Shown here: positions 24,448-32,684 of the stretch, piece by piece
Position numbering within the stretch: the first letter of the stretch is position 1
Layout: each line of letters opens with the position of its first letter
IMG/VR virus record: IMGVR_UViG_3300035548_000648
Coordinates: 1-33,947 of that record
Origin: a virus
Taxonomy: Duplodnaviria; Caudoviricetes
Direction: 5' to 3' (one strand)
Length of the DNA stretch: 33,947 nt
Notes under the pieces: model-generated
Told to the model about the DNA's origin: nothing
Seen by the model: only the letters and a program-made list of their open reading frames with translations
Database searches by the model: none
Program-made: the position numbers and the translations under genes

Positions 24448-26605
24448 CGAGCTGAAAATACTTCTTCGCGCAGAGACACGGGCCGCGGTAAAGGCCATGC
24501 GCGATGCAGAGAAGCAAACCGACTCACTGGAAGGCCAGCTCAAAAACCTTGCAGTGGGGGCTGCAAAGAGTTTCGGCGCTTATGCTGCTGCGGCCGTATC
24601 GGTGAAGGCGGTGATGCAGCAGATGAAGGAATCGGTCAGTCTCTACGGAGTCCAGATCGATGCAGAAGATTCTCTGGCCAAAGCCATACAGAGGACAGGA
24701 GAAGAAGTACACTCCTTTCTCCCAAAACTCAAAGCGGCGGCATCAGGTATTCAGGATGTCACAACCTATGGAGATGAAGCTGTCTTGTCTCTCATGCAGA
24801 TGGCAAAAAGCCAGGGAGTAGCGACCGATAAGCTTGAGGAAGCGGCAAAAGGCGCTATCGGGTTGACAGAAGCCTACGGAGGAGGACTCCAGGAGAATAT
24901 CAGGAAAGCATCACGAGCCATGCAAGGAGATTATGCTGCCCTTGGGGAACTCATTCCCGCAATGAGAACCGCGAAGAGCGAAGCTGAAAAACAGGCTATC
25001 GCTCAAAAGGCCATGGCAGACGGATATGAGATTGCCAAGGCAAAAGCTCAAAACGGTGTTGCCGCCATCACTCAGCTCAGTAATGCTGTCGGTGATTACA
25101 AGGAGAGTCTGGGCCGATCGATATCCGACGGTATGGAGCCCTTTGTCAGATGGCTGACCGATATCGTCACCGAGGCGGCAAATGCACGCAACAGTCTTCT
25201 TGATATCAAAGAGGTCCTCGATGCCTATGAGAAGTCGGGAGGAACGGTCGATACCAAGGGGTCAAAAGCACTCCTACAGGCCCAACAGGCGCTTGCCCTT
25301 GAACAGGAAAAGCTCATGGATCTGCAGGACCGGTACTATGGCCAGGAGAATGAGGCTTCCCGTACGATCATTGCAAACCAGGAAGCGAAGATCGCCGAGA
25401 TCATTGCAACGATCAGGGCATTAGGTCAGCAGAAACAGGCTGAACAGGAACTTGCGAGCATCTCAACCGAACAAAACCGAATTGCCGCCGAGGCTGCAAA
25501 GAACAATGTACAAGCCCTTGAGCTGTACAGAAAGCGCCGGCTCAATGCCATGGAGCCGAATGAGAAGCAGCTGAAACTCCTGCAGGATGAGATCGACAAG
25601 TGGGCTGCCGTTCGTAATGCCGGGGTGGCCGCCGGTCAGGATATGGCTGAGGTCCAGAGGCTCCTTAACGATCTTATCGATGAGAGAAACCGAAAGCTTT
25701 CGGAAGGCAAGACCGACTGGTCACAGCCGCTTGAAGGGCTTTCTGAGTGGGAACAAGAGTACCGGGACATTTTGAATGAAGCCTCCCTTGACCGGCAGCA
25801 GATGGAACGGGACGAGGAGGCCCGTCTTGCCGAGATACGGGAGAGCTTTGGAAAGAGCCAGCTGCAGGCCCGCCTTGATGAGATACGCCTGCAGGTGGAT
25901 GCGGCCAAACAGGCCGGTGTGGATGAGGTGGATGTTGAGAAGTGGAAAACCGAGCAGATCATCCAGCTGTATGCCTCAAGGGCCCAGGAGGCTATGGCCA
26001 TCTACAACCAGCTAAACGGCATGCTCTCTGATATCTACAGCCTCCAGGGGGATCTCTCGGATGCTGCGGCCGAGAAGGAGATTGCAAATCTCGACAACCA
26101 GATCGAGTTCAAAAAGGCAGCCGGGGAAACCTACGATGACCTTGAAGCCCAGAAGACGGAGAAAGAGGACAAACTTAAACAAAAGCAGTTCGAACGGGAT
26201 AAGAAGAACAGGAAGAGTGAAACCATAGCATCGGGAGCACAGGCTGTTATCAACGCCTATGCATCCATGAACCCGATTGCGGCCTCGGCCATGGCCGCCG
26301 TCATTGCAGGGCTGACCGCCAGCAAGGTGGCGCTGATCAATCAGCAGCAGTACACGGGCCTTGCAGCCGGCGGTATTGTGCCGGCGCAGGGAGAGTCCGG
26401 AGGATTGTACCGGCTGGGGGACAAGAACAAAGCTGAAACGGTCATCCCCTTTGACATCCGGAACCTCAAAAGCGGCGGGACGACGGTACAGGTGCATGTG
26501 GACAGCGTGTACGGTCCCGGAGGATCGGAGGCCTTTGCAAAGTACATCGTCCAGACGGTAAAGCGCGGCCAGTCATCCGGCCGTGTCGAGAAGTGGGGAG
26601 CCTGA
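24428..26605 (+). CDS. Tail tape measure protein
   Basis: Long Ala/Gln/Glu-rich helical ORF with C-terminal LAAGGIV...GD...ETVIPF. Confidence 0.88.
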   Translation: MGSTVIDELKILLRAETRAAVKAMRDAEKQTDSLEGQLKNLAVGAAKSFGAYAAAAVSVKAVMQQMKESVSLYGVQIDAEDSLAKAIQRTGEEVHSFLPKLKAAASGIQDVTTYGDEAVLSLMQMAKSQGVATDKLEEAAKGAIGLTEAYGGGLQENIRKASRAMQGDYAALGELIPAMRTAKSEAEKQAIAQKAMADGYEIAKAKAQNGVAAITQLSNAVGDYKESLGRSISDGMEPFVRWLTDIVTEAANARNSLLDIKEVLDAYEKSGGTVDTKGSKALLQAQQALALEQEKLMDLQDRYYGQENEASRTIIANQEAKIAEIIATIRALGQQKQAEQELASISTEQNRIAAEAAKNNVQALELYRKRRLNAMEPNEKQLKLLQDEIDKWAAVRNAGVAAGQDMAEVQRLLNDLIDERNRKLSEGKTDWSQPLEGLSEWEQEYRDILNEASLDRQQMERDEEARLAEIRESFGKSQLQARLDEIRLQVDAAKQAGVDEVDVEKWKTEQIIQLYASRAQEAMAIYNQLNGMLSDIYSLQGDLSDAAAEKEIANLDNQIEFKKAAGETYDDLEAQKTEKEDKLKQKQFERDKKNRKSETIASGAQAVINAYASMNPIAASAMAAVIAGLTASKVALINQQQYTGLAAGGIVPAQGESGGLYRLGDKNKAETVIPFDIRNLKSGGTTVQVHVDSVYGPGGSEAFAKYIVQTVKRGQSSGRVEKWGA

Positions 26606-26607
26606 CG

Positions 26608-29600
26608 ATGAGCTGGCAAATTCTCATTGATTACGGGGACGGCTGGGTCGATATCACCGGCTACGGAGGAGATGACCTTGTCAGGGACTCCCTGAAACTC
26701 ACCGAGAAGCTTCATGACGATGATTTCAAACCTGCTTTAGGTTCAGCCACGTTTTCTTGTACCCTCACCCCGGCCCTTAGTACTCGACTTTTGCAGTGTA
26801 CCGGCACCATTCCGTGTGAGATCTATCATGACGGGGTGATCTGGTTTCGCGGCTTCTCCCGGCCGGTGACCAAGTACAAGGTCACCGATAACGACCGAAC
26901 CATCGACTTCGAGATCTATGACTATGGGTATCTGCTTGAATCCACCCTGCAGGACGACGTGATGATAACGGACGGGAAGATCTGTGACCCGGAAGACCCC
27001 GATCATTCGATCGTCCACCTCCTATTGTCCTCTGCAGGCTACCCTCAGCAGTACATCGGTATAAGCGAAACCATAGACGAGGTTATCCCGAAGCTCACCT
27101 TTGCTTCCGGAGACAGCTATGCGGACGATCTTGCGGCAATCCTCTGGGATTACCATCATCTCTACAACGTATCCCCTAACGGGGTGATCGACATCTACGA
27201 CTGGGCATCCTCTTCTGTCGAAGCGGACGGGGCTTTCAGTGAACAAAATATCATAGGATCTCTGGAGGTTGAGAGAAAGGATTCTGAGGCGGAGCAGGTA
27301 CAGGTATCCTTCAATCAGTATGAGAAGCTTACCGGGCTTACCCTCTACTATGAGAAGGTTGATAAATGGGAATCGATAGCATCAAATAGCGGCCAGGATG
27401 CTGAAGGTCCGGCGCTCTGGCCGGCAGATGGTCCCTATCGCTGTGACTACAATCTCGATATTGGTAGTTCAAATTATGAGATAGTCGGAGCTGAAAACCA
27501 AAAACTGGAACTCCATGGGTATACGTGGGTTTCTTTCGGTCCGGAGCCTGGACACAGCACATGGATAGATATTTTAGGGATGGGACAGTTGTTCGGTGTC
27601 TATGACCTTGTTATGGAAAACCATGCAACAACCTATTCGGAATTCCAATTTAACCTTGCAGACGGCCAGCTTATCAATGAGATCAAGGTAACCGGTGATC
27701 TCGATATTGTTTACAAGGATCAAAAGAAAACCTCTGTATTCTCAAGGCCGGAGAGCACGGGCAAACTGAAAAAGTATTCAGCCAACTACCTGTATGACGA
27801 TGACGCGGCAACCGAGCTTGCAAACGCTTTGTATTCCTCGATTACCACAGGAAGACTTCATTACACGTTTAAAAGTCTTACCGAAAAAAGCCTTGGAAGC
27901 TACGTTACGGTGAGCTCCCTTTCCCTCGGCATATCAAATACCGTTCGTATCACTTCCCGAAGCTGGGATGTTGAAACGGAGATATGGGAATACGAGGGCG
28001 TAAGTGTGGCCCCGCTTGAAACCATCCTCGGGACGGTTGTTGCAGGGCAGATTGTGGTGCCGACCAATCCGGATGAGGCGAAGAGTGTAGCCGAACGTGT
28101 AGATATGGGCCTTGAGTCTGACGGGAGCATTATACAGCCGGTCAATGGGAATCAACTGGTGGACATTGACACCACGGTGGCAGGGCTCTATATGACGGCA
28201 ACCGCCCTTGGCTTTTTTGATGGAGAGCTCTGGACGGCAGTCATTAATAATGATGGTACCTGGTCCTTTCTCGGGGATGGAGATAACTACATCAAGTGGG
28301 ACGGATCACGTCTTGAGGTCCACGGGGACCTGTTTCTCTCCGGTGATTCAGAGCTTCAAGGGAAGATCACCGCCGGTAACGGTATTGAAAGTGACGACTA
28401 CAAGCAGGGTGTTTCCGGCTGGAAGATTGGAGGGGATGGAGATGCCTTTTTTAACAACGTGTGGCTTCGTGGGGACCTGTACGGCATACTCCATGACCTG
28501 ACCATAGATGGAAGCCTGACCCTCTCGGGAGGCGCCATCAAGGCGGGGGATACGATCCTCGATGCCTCGGGGATCAGAGCCAATGCGGGACGGGTCGGCA
28601 ACTGGCTGCTTTCGGCCACCGCCATACGCTCGGATGAGGTGGGAAAAGCGAGGATAGAGCTTGATCCCGGAGACAACCGTATCGAGGTGTGGGGGGCTGC
28701 CGGGGCCGAGCCTCGGGTTGCCATGGGATACCTCGGTGGCCTTTCTGATCCTTCGGACAGAACAAAAAGCCTTGCCTCTACCATCTTCGGCTTCTGGACG
28801 GCGGACGGGGATTCGATCGAGATCAGGGGAGAGATGCGCCTTGTTAACGGACAGTATGTGCTCCAGGATGATGCGGCCTTAGAGATCCAGGACAGTAGCA
28901 CCGGTAAGGCCATCCTTCGGGTGGGATCGAATGCCGGACGACAGGGAGTGCATTTCTTTGATGAGACGGAAGCGCTTCTTCTGTCCCTGGTGGCCGATGG
29001 GATCAAGGCCGAAGAAGGCCGGGTTATCTTCGGCAAGGCCCGCTCTGCTTTTACTTCCTATCCTGCCGGCATGCCGGATGCCCTCGGTATCTCGATCGAA
29101 TCGGACCGGCTCGTGAACTTCGTGGCGACCGGGAACAATCATGTCGTTGGGTTTATGGACCTCTCCGCCTCTTTTTTTACCTGGGACGGGAATCTCAAGG
29201 CGAACGGAGCTTTTAGCGCACACGATGTATACCTCAACAATTACGCCATTATTGCAAACGATAATGATGGGGCCTTTAGCGACCGGTCGGGGAGCAATAT
29301 CGACCATATCTGGCACGATGGGTCGACCAATCGATGGCACTTTGTCAGTGATGCATCCTATAAGCATGGAGGGAATGCTCAACTTGTTGCCGGGGCTCTG
29401 TCCTTAGGTACCTCGGATGCACAGGATTATAAACTTCTGGTTGCCGGCGGTGCGAAGATGGACGCTTTACTGGTGACAGGTCCTCTCTATGGAAGCGAAC
29501 GGCTTGGGCTCGGATACAATCGCTCGTCAGACGGATCTGCGTATATCGATCTCATTGGAGATACCACCTATAACGAGTATGGCCTTCGTATCATACGCAA

Positions 29601-30135
29601 TAGCGGGGCCGACTCTGCTGCGGGAATCTATCATCGGGGAACGGGCCCGTTCATCGTACAAACGAATGAAGCGGGCGACATCCATATTCGCACCGATTCA
29701 TCGAAGTACGGAATCTTCGTAAAAGGTTCCACCGGGCATGTGGTTATTGGAGGATCACAGCTGTCAACGGCAACCCTGTATGTCAACGGGACCATACGGG
29801 CGACCGGCGGAGTGATCAGTGATTCACAAACCTTGCGGTATCAGCCTGTGGGCACATCCCAGTGTCGGATCGTAGCATTTCAATTTACGTATACCGACAC
29901 ACAAAATGATATCTATGATGCAATCGATTCTTATATAAGTGCGGATGAACACAAATCGATATTAGCAAGTGCCAGACATGCTAATACAATACCCTATTTA
30001 ATTACCGCTATCTATAAGGATAAAACGTCCTCGTACATTCGCTTTTACGATTATAAGCATGACACCATATTAACCTGTTCGGATGGCAATCTAACGGCAA
30101 TCAATTTTTATTTAGAACTCATTATCTGGGATTAA
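26608..30135 (+). CDS. Large tail-tip/central fibre protein, probably receptor binding
   Basis: Follows the tape measure; gpJ-like SDDYKQGVSGWKIGGDGDAFFNNVWLRG; Gly-rich beta repeats. Confidence 0.8.
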   Translation: MSWQILIDYGDGWVDITGYGGDDLVRDSLKLTEKLHDDDFKPALGSATFSCTLTPALSTRLLQCTGTIPCEIYHDGVIWFRGFSRPVTKYKVTDNDRTIDFEIYDYGYLLESTLQDDVMITDGKICDPEDPDHSIVHLLLSSAGYPQQYIGISETIDEVIPKLTFASGDSYADDLAAILWDYHHLYNVSPNGVIDIYDWASSSVEADGAFSEQNIIGSLEVERKDSEAEQVQVSFNQYEKLTGLTLYYEKVDKWESIASNSGQDAEGPALWPADGPYRCDYNLDIGSSNYEIVGAENQKLELHGYTWVSFGPEPGHSTWIDILGMGQLFGVYDLVMENHATTYSEFQFNLADGQLINEIKVTGDLDIVYKDQKKTSVFSRPESTGKLKKYSANYLYDDDAATELANALYSSITTGRLHYTFKSLTEKSLGSYVTVSSLSLGISNTVRITSRSWDVETEIWEYEGVSVAPLETILGTVVAGQIVVPTNPDEAKSVAERVDMGLESDGSIIQPVNGNQLVDIDTTVAGLYMTATALGFFDGELWTAVINNDGTWSFLGDGDNYIKWDGSRLEVHGDLFLSGDSELQGKITAGNGIESDDYKQGVSGWKIGGDGDAFFNNVWLRGDLYGILHDLTIDGSLTLSGGAIKAGDTILDASGIRANAGRVGNWLLSATAIRSDEVGKARIELDPGDNRIEVWGAAGAEPRVAMGYLGGLSDPSDRTKSLASTIFGFWTADGDSIEIRGEMRLVNGQYVLQDDAALEIQDSSTGKAILRVGSNAGRQGVHFFDETEALLLSLVADGIKAEEGRVIFGKARSAFTSYPAGMPDALGISIESDRLVNFVATGNNHVVGFMDLSASFFTWDGNLKANGAFSAHDVYLNNYAIIANDNDGAFSDRSGSNIDHIWHDGSTNRWHFVSDASYKHGGNAQLVAGALSLGTSDAQDYKLLVAGGAKMDALLVTGPLYGSERLGLGYNRSSDGSAYIDLIGDTTYNEYGLRIIRNSGADSAAGIYHRGTGPFIVQTNEAGDIHIRTDSSKYGIFVKGSTGHVVIGGSQLSTATLYVNGTIRATGGVISDSQTLRYQPVGTSQCRIVAFQFTYTDTQNDIYDAIDSYISADEHKSILASARHANTIPYLITAIYKDKTSSYIRFYDYKHDTILTCSDGNLTAINFYLELIIWD

Positions 30136-30149
30136 GAGGAGGAAGAGGA

Positions 30150-30536
30150 ATGAAACTTGGAATGATTGTGGCACATAAAGCCGTGATTGAGAAGCTGCGT
30201 ACTGTACAGCTTCCGGCAAAACGGGTGTTTAGGTTACGGAAGGCGATTAAGGCGCTTTCCGGTGAACTGCGCCAATGGGAAGAGTTAAAGGGCGATTATA
30301 TCAGGGAGCATGGAAAGCAAGATGAGGCGAACGGATTTGTCATCGAACAGAAGGACCCCGCTTTTGAAAAGTACATCACGTGGGCAAACGAGGTCCTGGG
30401 CAGTGAAGTGGACCGGCCGAAAGAGCGCTTGAGTGAAGAGGATCTTGAGCATGTAGAGCTGTCGGTTGCGGAGCTTGAGGCCATTGAAGCGCTCGGGCTC
30501 TTGTCCATGGGTGAGGAAGAGAAGCAGGGAGCCTGA
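30150..30536 (+). CDS. Post-fibre phage protein (DUF1617-like)
   Basis: LPAKRVFRL...IREHG..DE pattern; strong RBS. Confidence 0.55.
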   Translation: MKLGMIVAHKAVIEKLRTVQLPAKRVFRLRKAIKALSGELRQWEELKGDYIREHGKQDEANGFVIEQKDPAFEKYITWANEVLGSEVDRPKERLSEEDLEHVELSVAELEAIEALGLLSMGEEEKQGA

Positions 30537-30538
30537 AT

Positions 30539-30826
30539 GTGTCGGTGAAGCGGCCTGAGACGCAGGAAGAAATGATCTACCAGCTGTGGTTTGCGGTCAT
30601 CGGCAGTAACGGGGATGGGATCGCTTCGATCACGAAGAGAAACAGCCGGGAGATTGAGGAGCTCAAGGAAAGCCTCCAGGAGTTTATTGCAGGCCGTGAG
30701 GCGACCTGTCCGGTGGTGAGCCGTCGTAAGAAGAACTTTGAACACCATGCCGTGGTGGTCGGGATGGTGTGTGGATTCTTGGGATCTGTTATCGGGGGAT
30801 TACTCCCCGTTGTTTTGGGAGGATGA
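30539..30826 (+). CDS. Lysis-region membrane protein (coiled coil plus C-terminal TM)
   Basis: Hydrophobic, Gly-rich C-terminus; directly upstream of the lysin. Confidence 0.55.
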   Translation: MSVKRPETQEEMIYQLWFAVIGSNGDGIASITKRNSREIEELKESLQEFIAGREATCPVVSRRKKNFEHHAVVVGMVCGFLGSVIGGLLPVVLGG

Positions 30827-30832
30827 AGACGT

Positions 30833-31303
30833 ATGTATTATCAAAACAGTATTGGGATGCCGGATCGGGTGCAGCAGTGGGGATGCTATGCAACTTCGAT
30901 CTCGGCAGGGGTTGCAGGCAGAACGAAAAAGGTAATCTCACAAGAAGATTTTATCGGCTCTGTTGTAGAGGCAGAGCGCCGTCGATACCTGACCGAGGAC
31001 CCGGAGGCGCCTGGAACCTTTATGTATGTGGCAGACCCCGCAGGGATCTTCCGCATCTTCGGCCTTCGTGTCCGCTACCTCGGCAAAAAGGATGTGGATT
31101 ATACCTGCAAGCCTGACGAGATAGAAATACTCCTATGGCGCAGGTGGGATGATGGGATGCGCAAGTACATCTACCATTTCACCCTGGGGAATGGCCGGGG
31201 TGTGACCGTCTATGATCCCTGGGCACCATTCAGCAAGACTGCAAGCGAGGGGGAGCTTCGTTCAAAGAGGATCTTCCTCGATCTCGGGAAGGTAGCGGCA
31301 TGA
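30833..31303 (+). CDS. Putative endolysin, papain-like (DUF261/C39-like)
   Basis: WGCY...YHF...VYDP gives a Cys-His-Asp triad; flanked by membrane genes. Confidence 0.65.
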   Translation: MYYQNSIGMPDRVQQWGCYATSISAGVAGRTKKVISQEDFIGSVVEAERRRYLTEDPEAPGTFMYVADPAGIFRIFGLRVRYLGKKDVDYTCKPDEIEILLWRRWDDGMRKYIYHFTLGNGRGVTVYDPWAPFSKTASEGELRSKRIFLDLGKVAA

Positions 31304-31548
31304 AAAAGCTTATCATAAAACTGTGGAAGGCTCTGGGAGAGAAAGGAAAGGTGGCGACAATCATCGGTTTCCTTTTTGCCTTCCCGGTGAACATCAAGTT
31401 TGTCATCGACTACTTCTCCGGAGTCTTTTACTCAAGGGGACAGATGGAAATGGCCCTTGTTACCAATGTGCTGGCCATGGTGTGGCTGATCCTTCCGTCG
31501 GTGATATCGGTCCATGGCCCGAAGATCAGTATCGAGGTGAAGGATTGA
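31300..31548 (+). CDS. Putative holin, two TM segments
   Basis: 82 aa with two hydrophobic segments; ATGA overlap with the lysin. Confidence 0.6.
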   Translation: MKKLIIKLWKALGEKGKVATIIGFLFAFPVNIKFVIDYFSGVFYSRGQMEMALVTNVLAMVWLILPSVISVHGPKISIEVKD

Positions 31549-32000
31549 GATGCGCAAAATTATTAGCATTATCCTTACTCTTTTTGTGTGTTTTTCCGCT
31601 GGCTTCCTCCTGGGCACTTACCGCTCAGGAAGAGGCAATAGTGGACGAGCTGCAGAGTACGATAGTCGAGGCCAAGAGCGAGATACAGAGTATCAAAAGC
31701 TCAGCGATGAGTATGAGCGAGCAGTTGAAACGTACGAGGGAGAGCTCGCAGAGCTTCGAGAGAAAGTGGCAGGATACGGAAAAGAGGCTGGAGAGCTTAC
31801 AGAGCGAATCGGAGGAGCGAAAAACGAAAGTAGCAGCATTGCAGAGCGAGCGGGACGGGCTGAGGAAGGACTATCAAGAGCTCTTGATGAAATACGAAGG
31901 CTTAGAGAGGCGGAACCGGCGGCAGGGAATGGCCCTTAAAGCCGGGGGCACGGCCCTCGCCGCCTCTATTATCGTGAATGTGCTGCAGGCTGTGTTTTGA
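31545..32000 (+). CDS. Spanin-like protein B: signal peptide, coiled coil, C-terminal hydrophobic anchor
   Basis: TTG at 31545 after GAGGTGAAGGA; LLALSLLFLCVFPLASSWA, heptad region, ALAASIIVNVLQAVF. Confidence 0.6.
   Translation: MRCAKLLALSLLFLCVFPLASSWALTAQEEAIVDELQSTIVEAKSEIQSIKSSAMSMSEQLKRTRESSQSFERKWQDTEKRLESLQSESEERKTKVAALQSERDGLRKDYQELLMKYEGLERRNRRQGMALKAGGTALAASIIVNVLQAVF
31550..31939 (+). CDS. Spanin-like protein A (Rz/i-spanin-like): N-terminal TM plus coiled coil
   Basis: MRKIISIILTLFVCFSAGFLLG followed by a charged heptad helix. Confidence 0.65.
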   Translation: MRKIISIILTLFVCFSAGFLLGTYRSGRGNSGRAAEYDSRGQERDTEYQKLSDEYERAVETYEGELAELREKVAGYGKEAGELTERIGGAKNESSSIAERAGRAEEGLSRALDEIRRLREAEPAAGNGP

Positions 32001-32021
32001 TCGATGGGGTAGCTACGACCG

Positions 32022-32423
32022 CTATCCTTGATGCGTAACAATTTTTGTAAGTTCTTTTTGTAGAACTTGTGAGAAATTTATATGTAATTCTTCAGCCTCA
32101 TCATTGAGCCATTTAGGAATTGTAAGAGTTTTCTTGACCGATTTATTTTCCTGTTCTGAATAGACTAATTCCATCCAAGCAGTAACAAGAGAAACAAAGC
32201 AGCCGTCAGATACCTTGATGCTCACAGGGTTTGAGGGTGTAGGTATAGGGTCGCCATCATTTTCTAAACTATAAAGATGACCGCGTAAGGCCTCTTCAGC
32301 CATTGCCAAAGCTTCTTCATACCCTCTCCCAAAAGTAAAACAGCCAGGCAAATCTGGGAAAGACACATTATAGTAGTTGTCTTCAGGCTCGAAAACTGCC
32401 GGATAGATGTATTTTTTCATCAT
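32022..32423 (-). CDS. hicB: HicB antitoxin
   Basis: YPAVF...VSFPDLPGCFTFG...A.EAL, VKKTLTIPKWL...INFSQVLQ. Confidence 0.95.
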   Translation of the reverse strand: MMKKYIYPAVFEPEDNYYNVSFPDLPGCFTFGRGYEEALAMAEEALRGHLYSLENDGDPIPTPSNPVSIKVSDGCFVSLVTAWMELVYSEQENKSVKKTLTIPKWLNDEAEELHINFSQVLQKELTKIVTHQG

Positions 32424-32437
32424 AATCCTCCTGCGGA

Positions 32438-32620
32438 CTATTTGAGTCCTGCCTGCTTCAAAATTGAATTACAAGTCCCTTTCGGAACATCCTTTCTTGG
32501 ATGCGGGACAGTAACCTTCCCGGGTTTCAAGGGATGCTTAAAATGATAATGGTCTCCATGTACTGTCATAAGTACCCATCCATCTTTTTTAAGCATCTTG
32601 ATTATTTCCCGCGAGTCCAT
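32438..32620 (-). CDS. hicA: HicA toxin
   Basis: MDSREIIKMLKKDGW...GDHYHFKHP...VTVPHP.KD...ILKQAGL; GGGAG RBS. Confidence 0.95.
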   Translation of the reverse strand: MDSREIIKMLKKDGWVLMTVHGDHYHFKHPLKPGKVTVPHPRKDVPKGTCNSILKQAGLK

Positions 32621-32642
32621 AATCACTCCCTGTTGAATAACA

Positions 32643-32671
32643 AATATAATACGTATAATAACACGTGTCAA
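32643..32671 (-). promoter_or_regulatory. hicAB promoter with palindromic operator candidates
   Basis: TTGACA-17 bp-TATATT on the minus strand, overlapped by the palindromes ACACGTGT and ATACGTAT. Confidence 0.75.
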
Positions 32672-32684
32672 TAAATGCAGTTTA

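Noticed and set aside
29860-30135. DGR variable region at the fibre tip
   Set aside because: No reverse transcriptase or template repeat is seen in the window.
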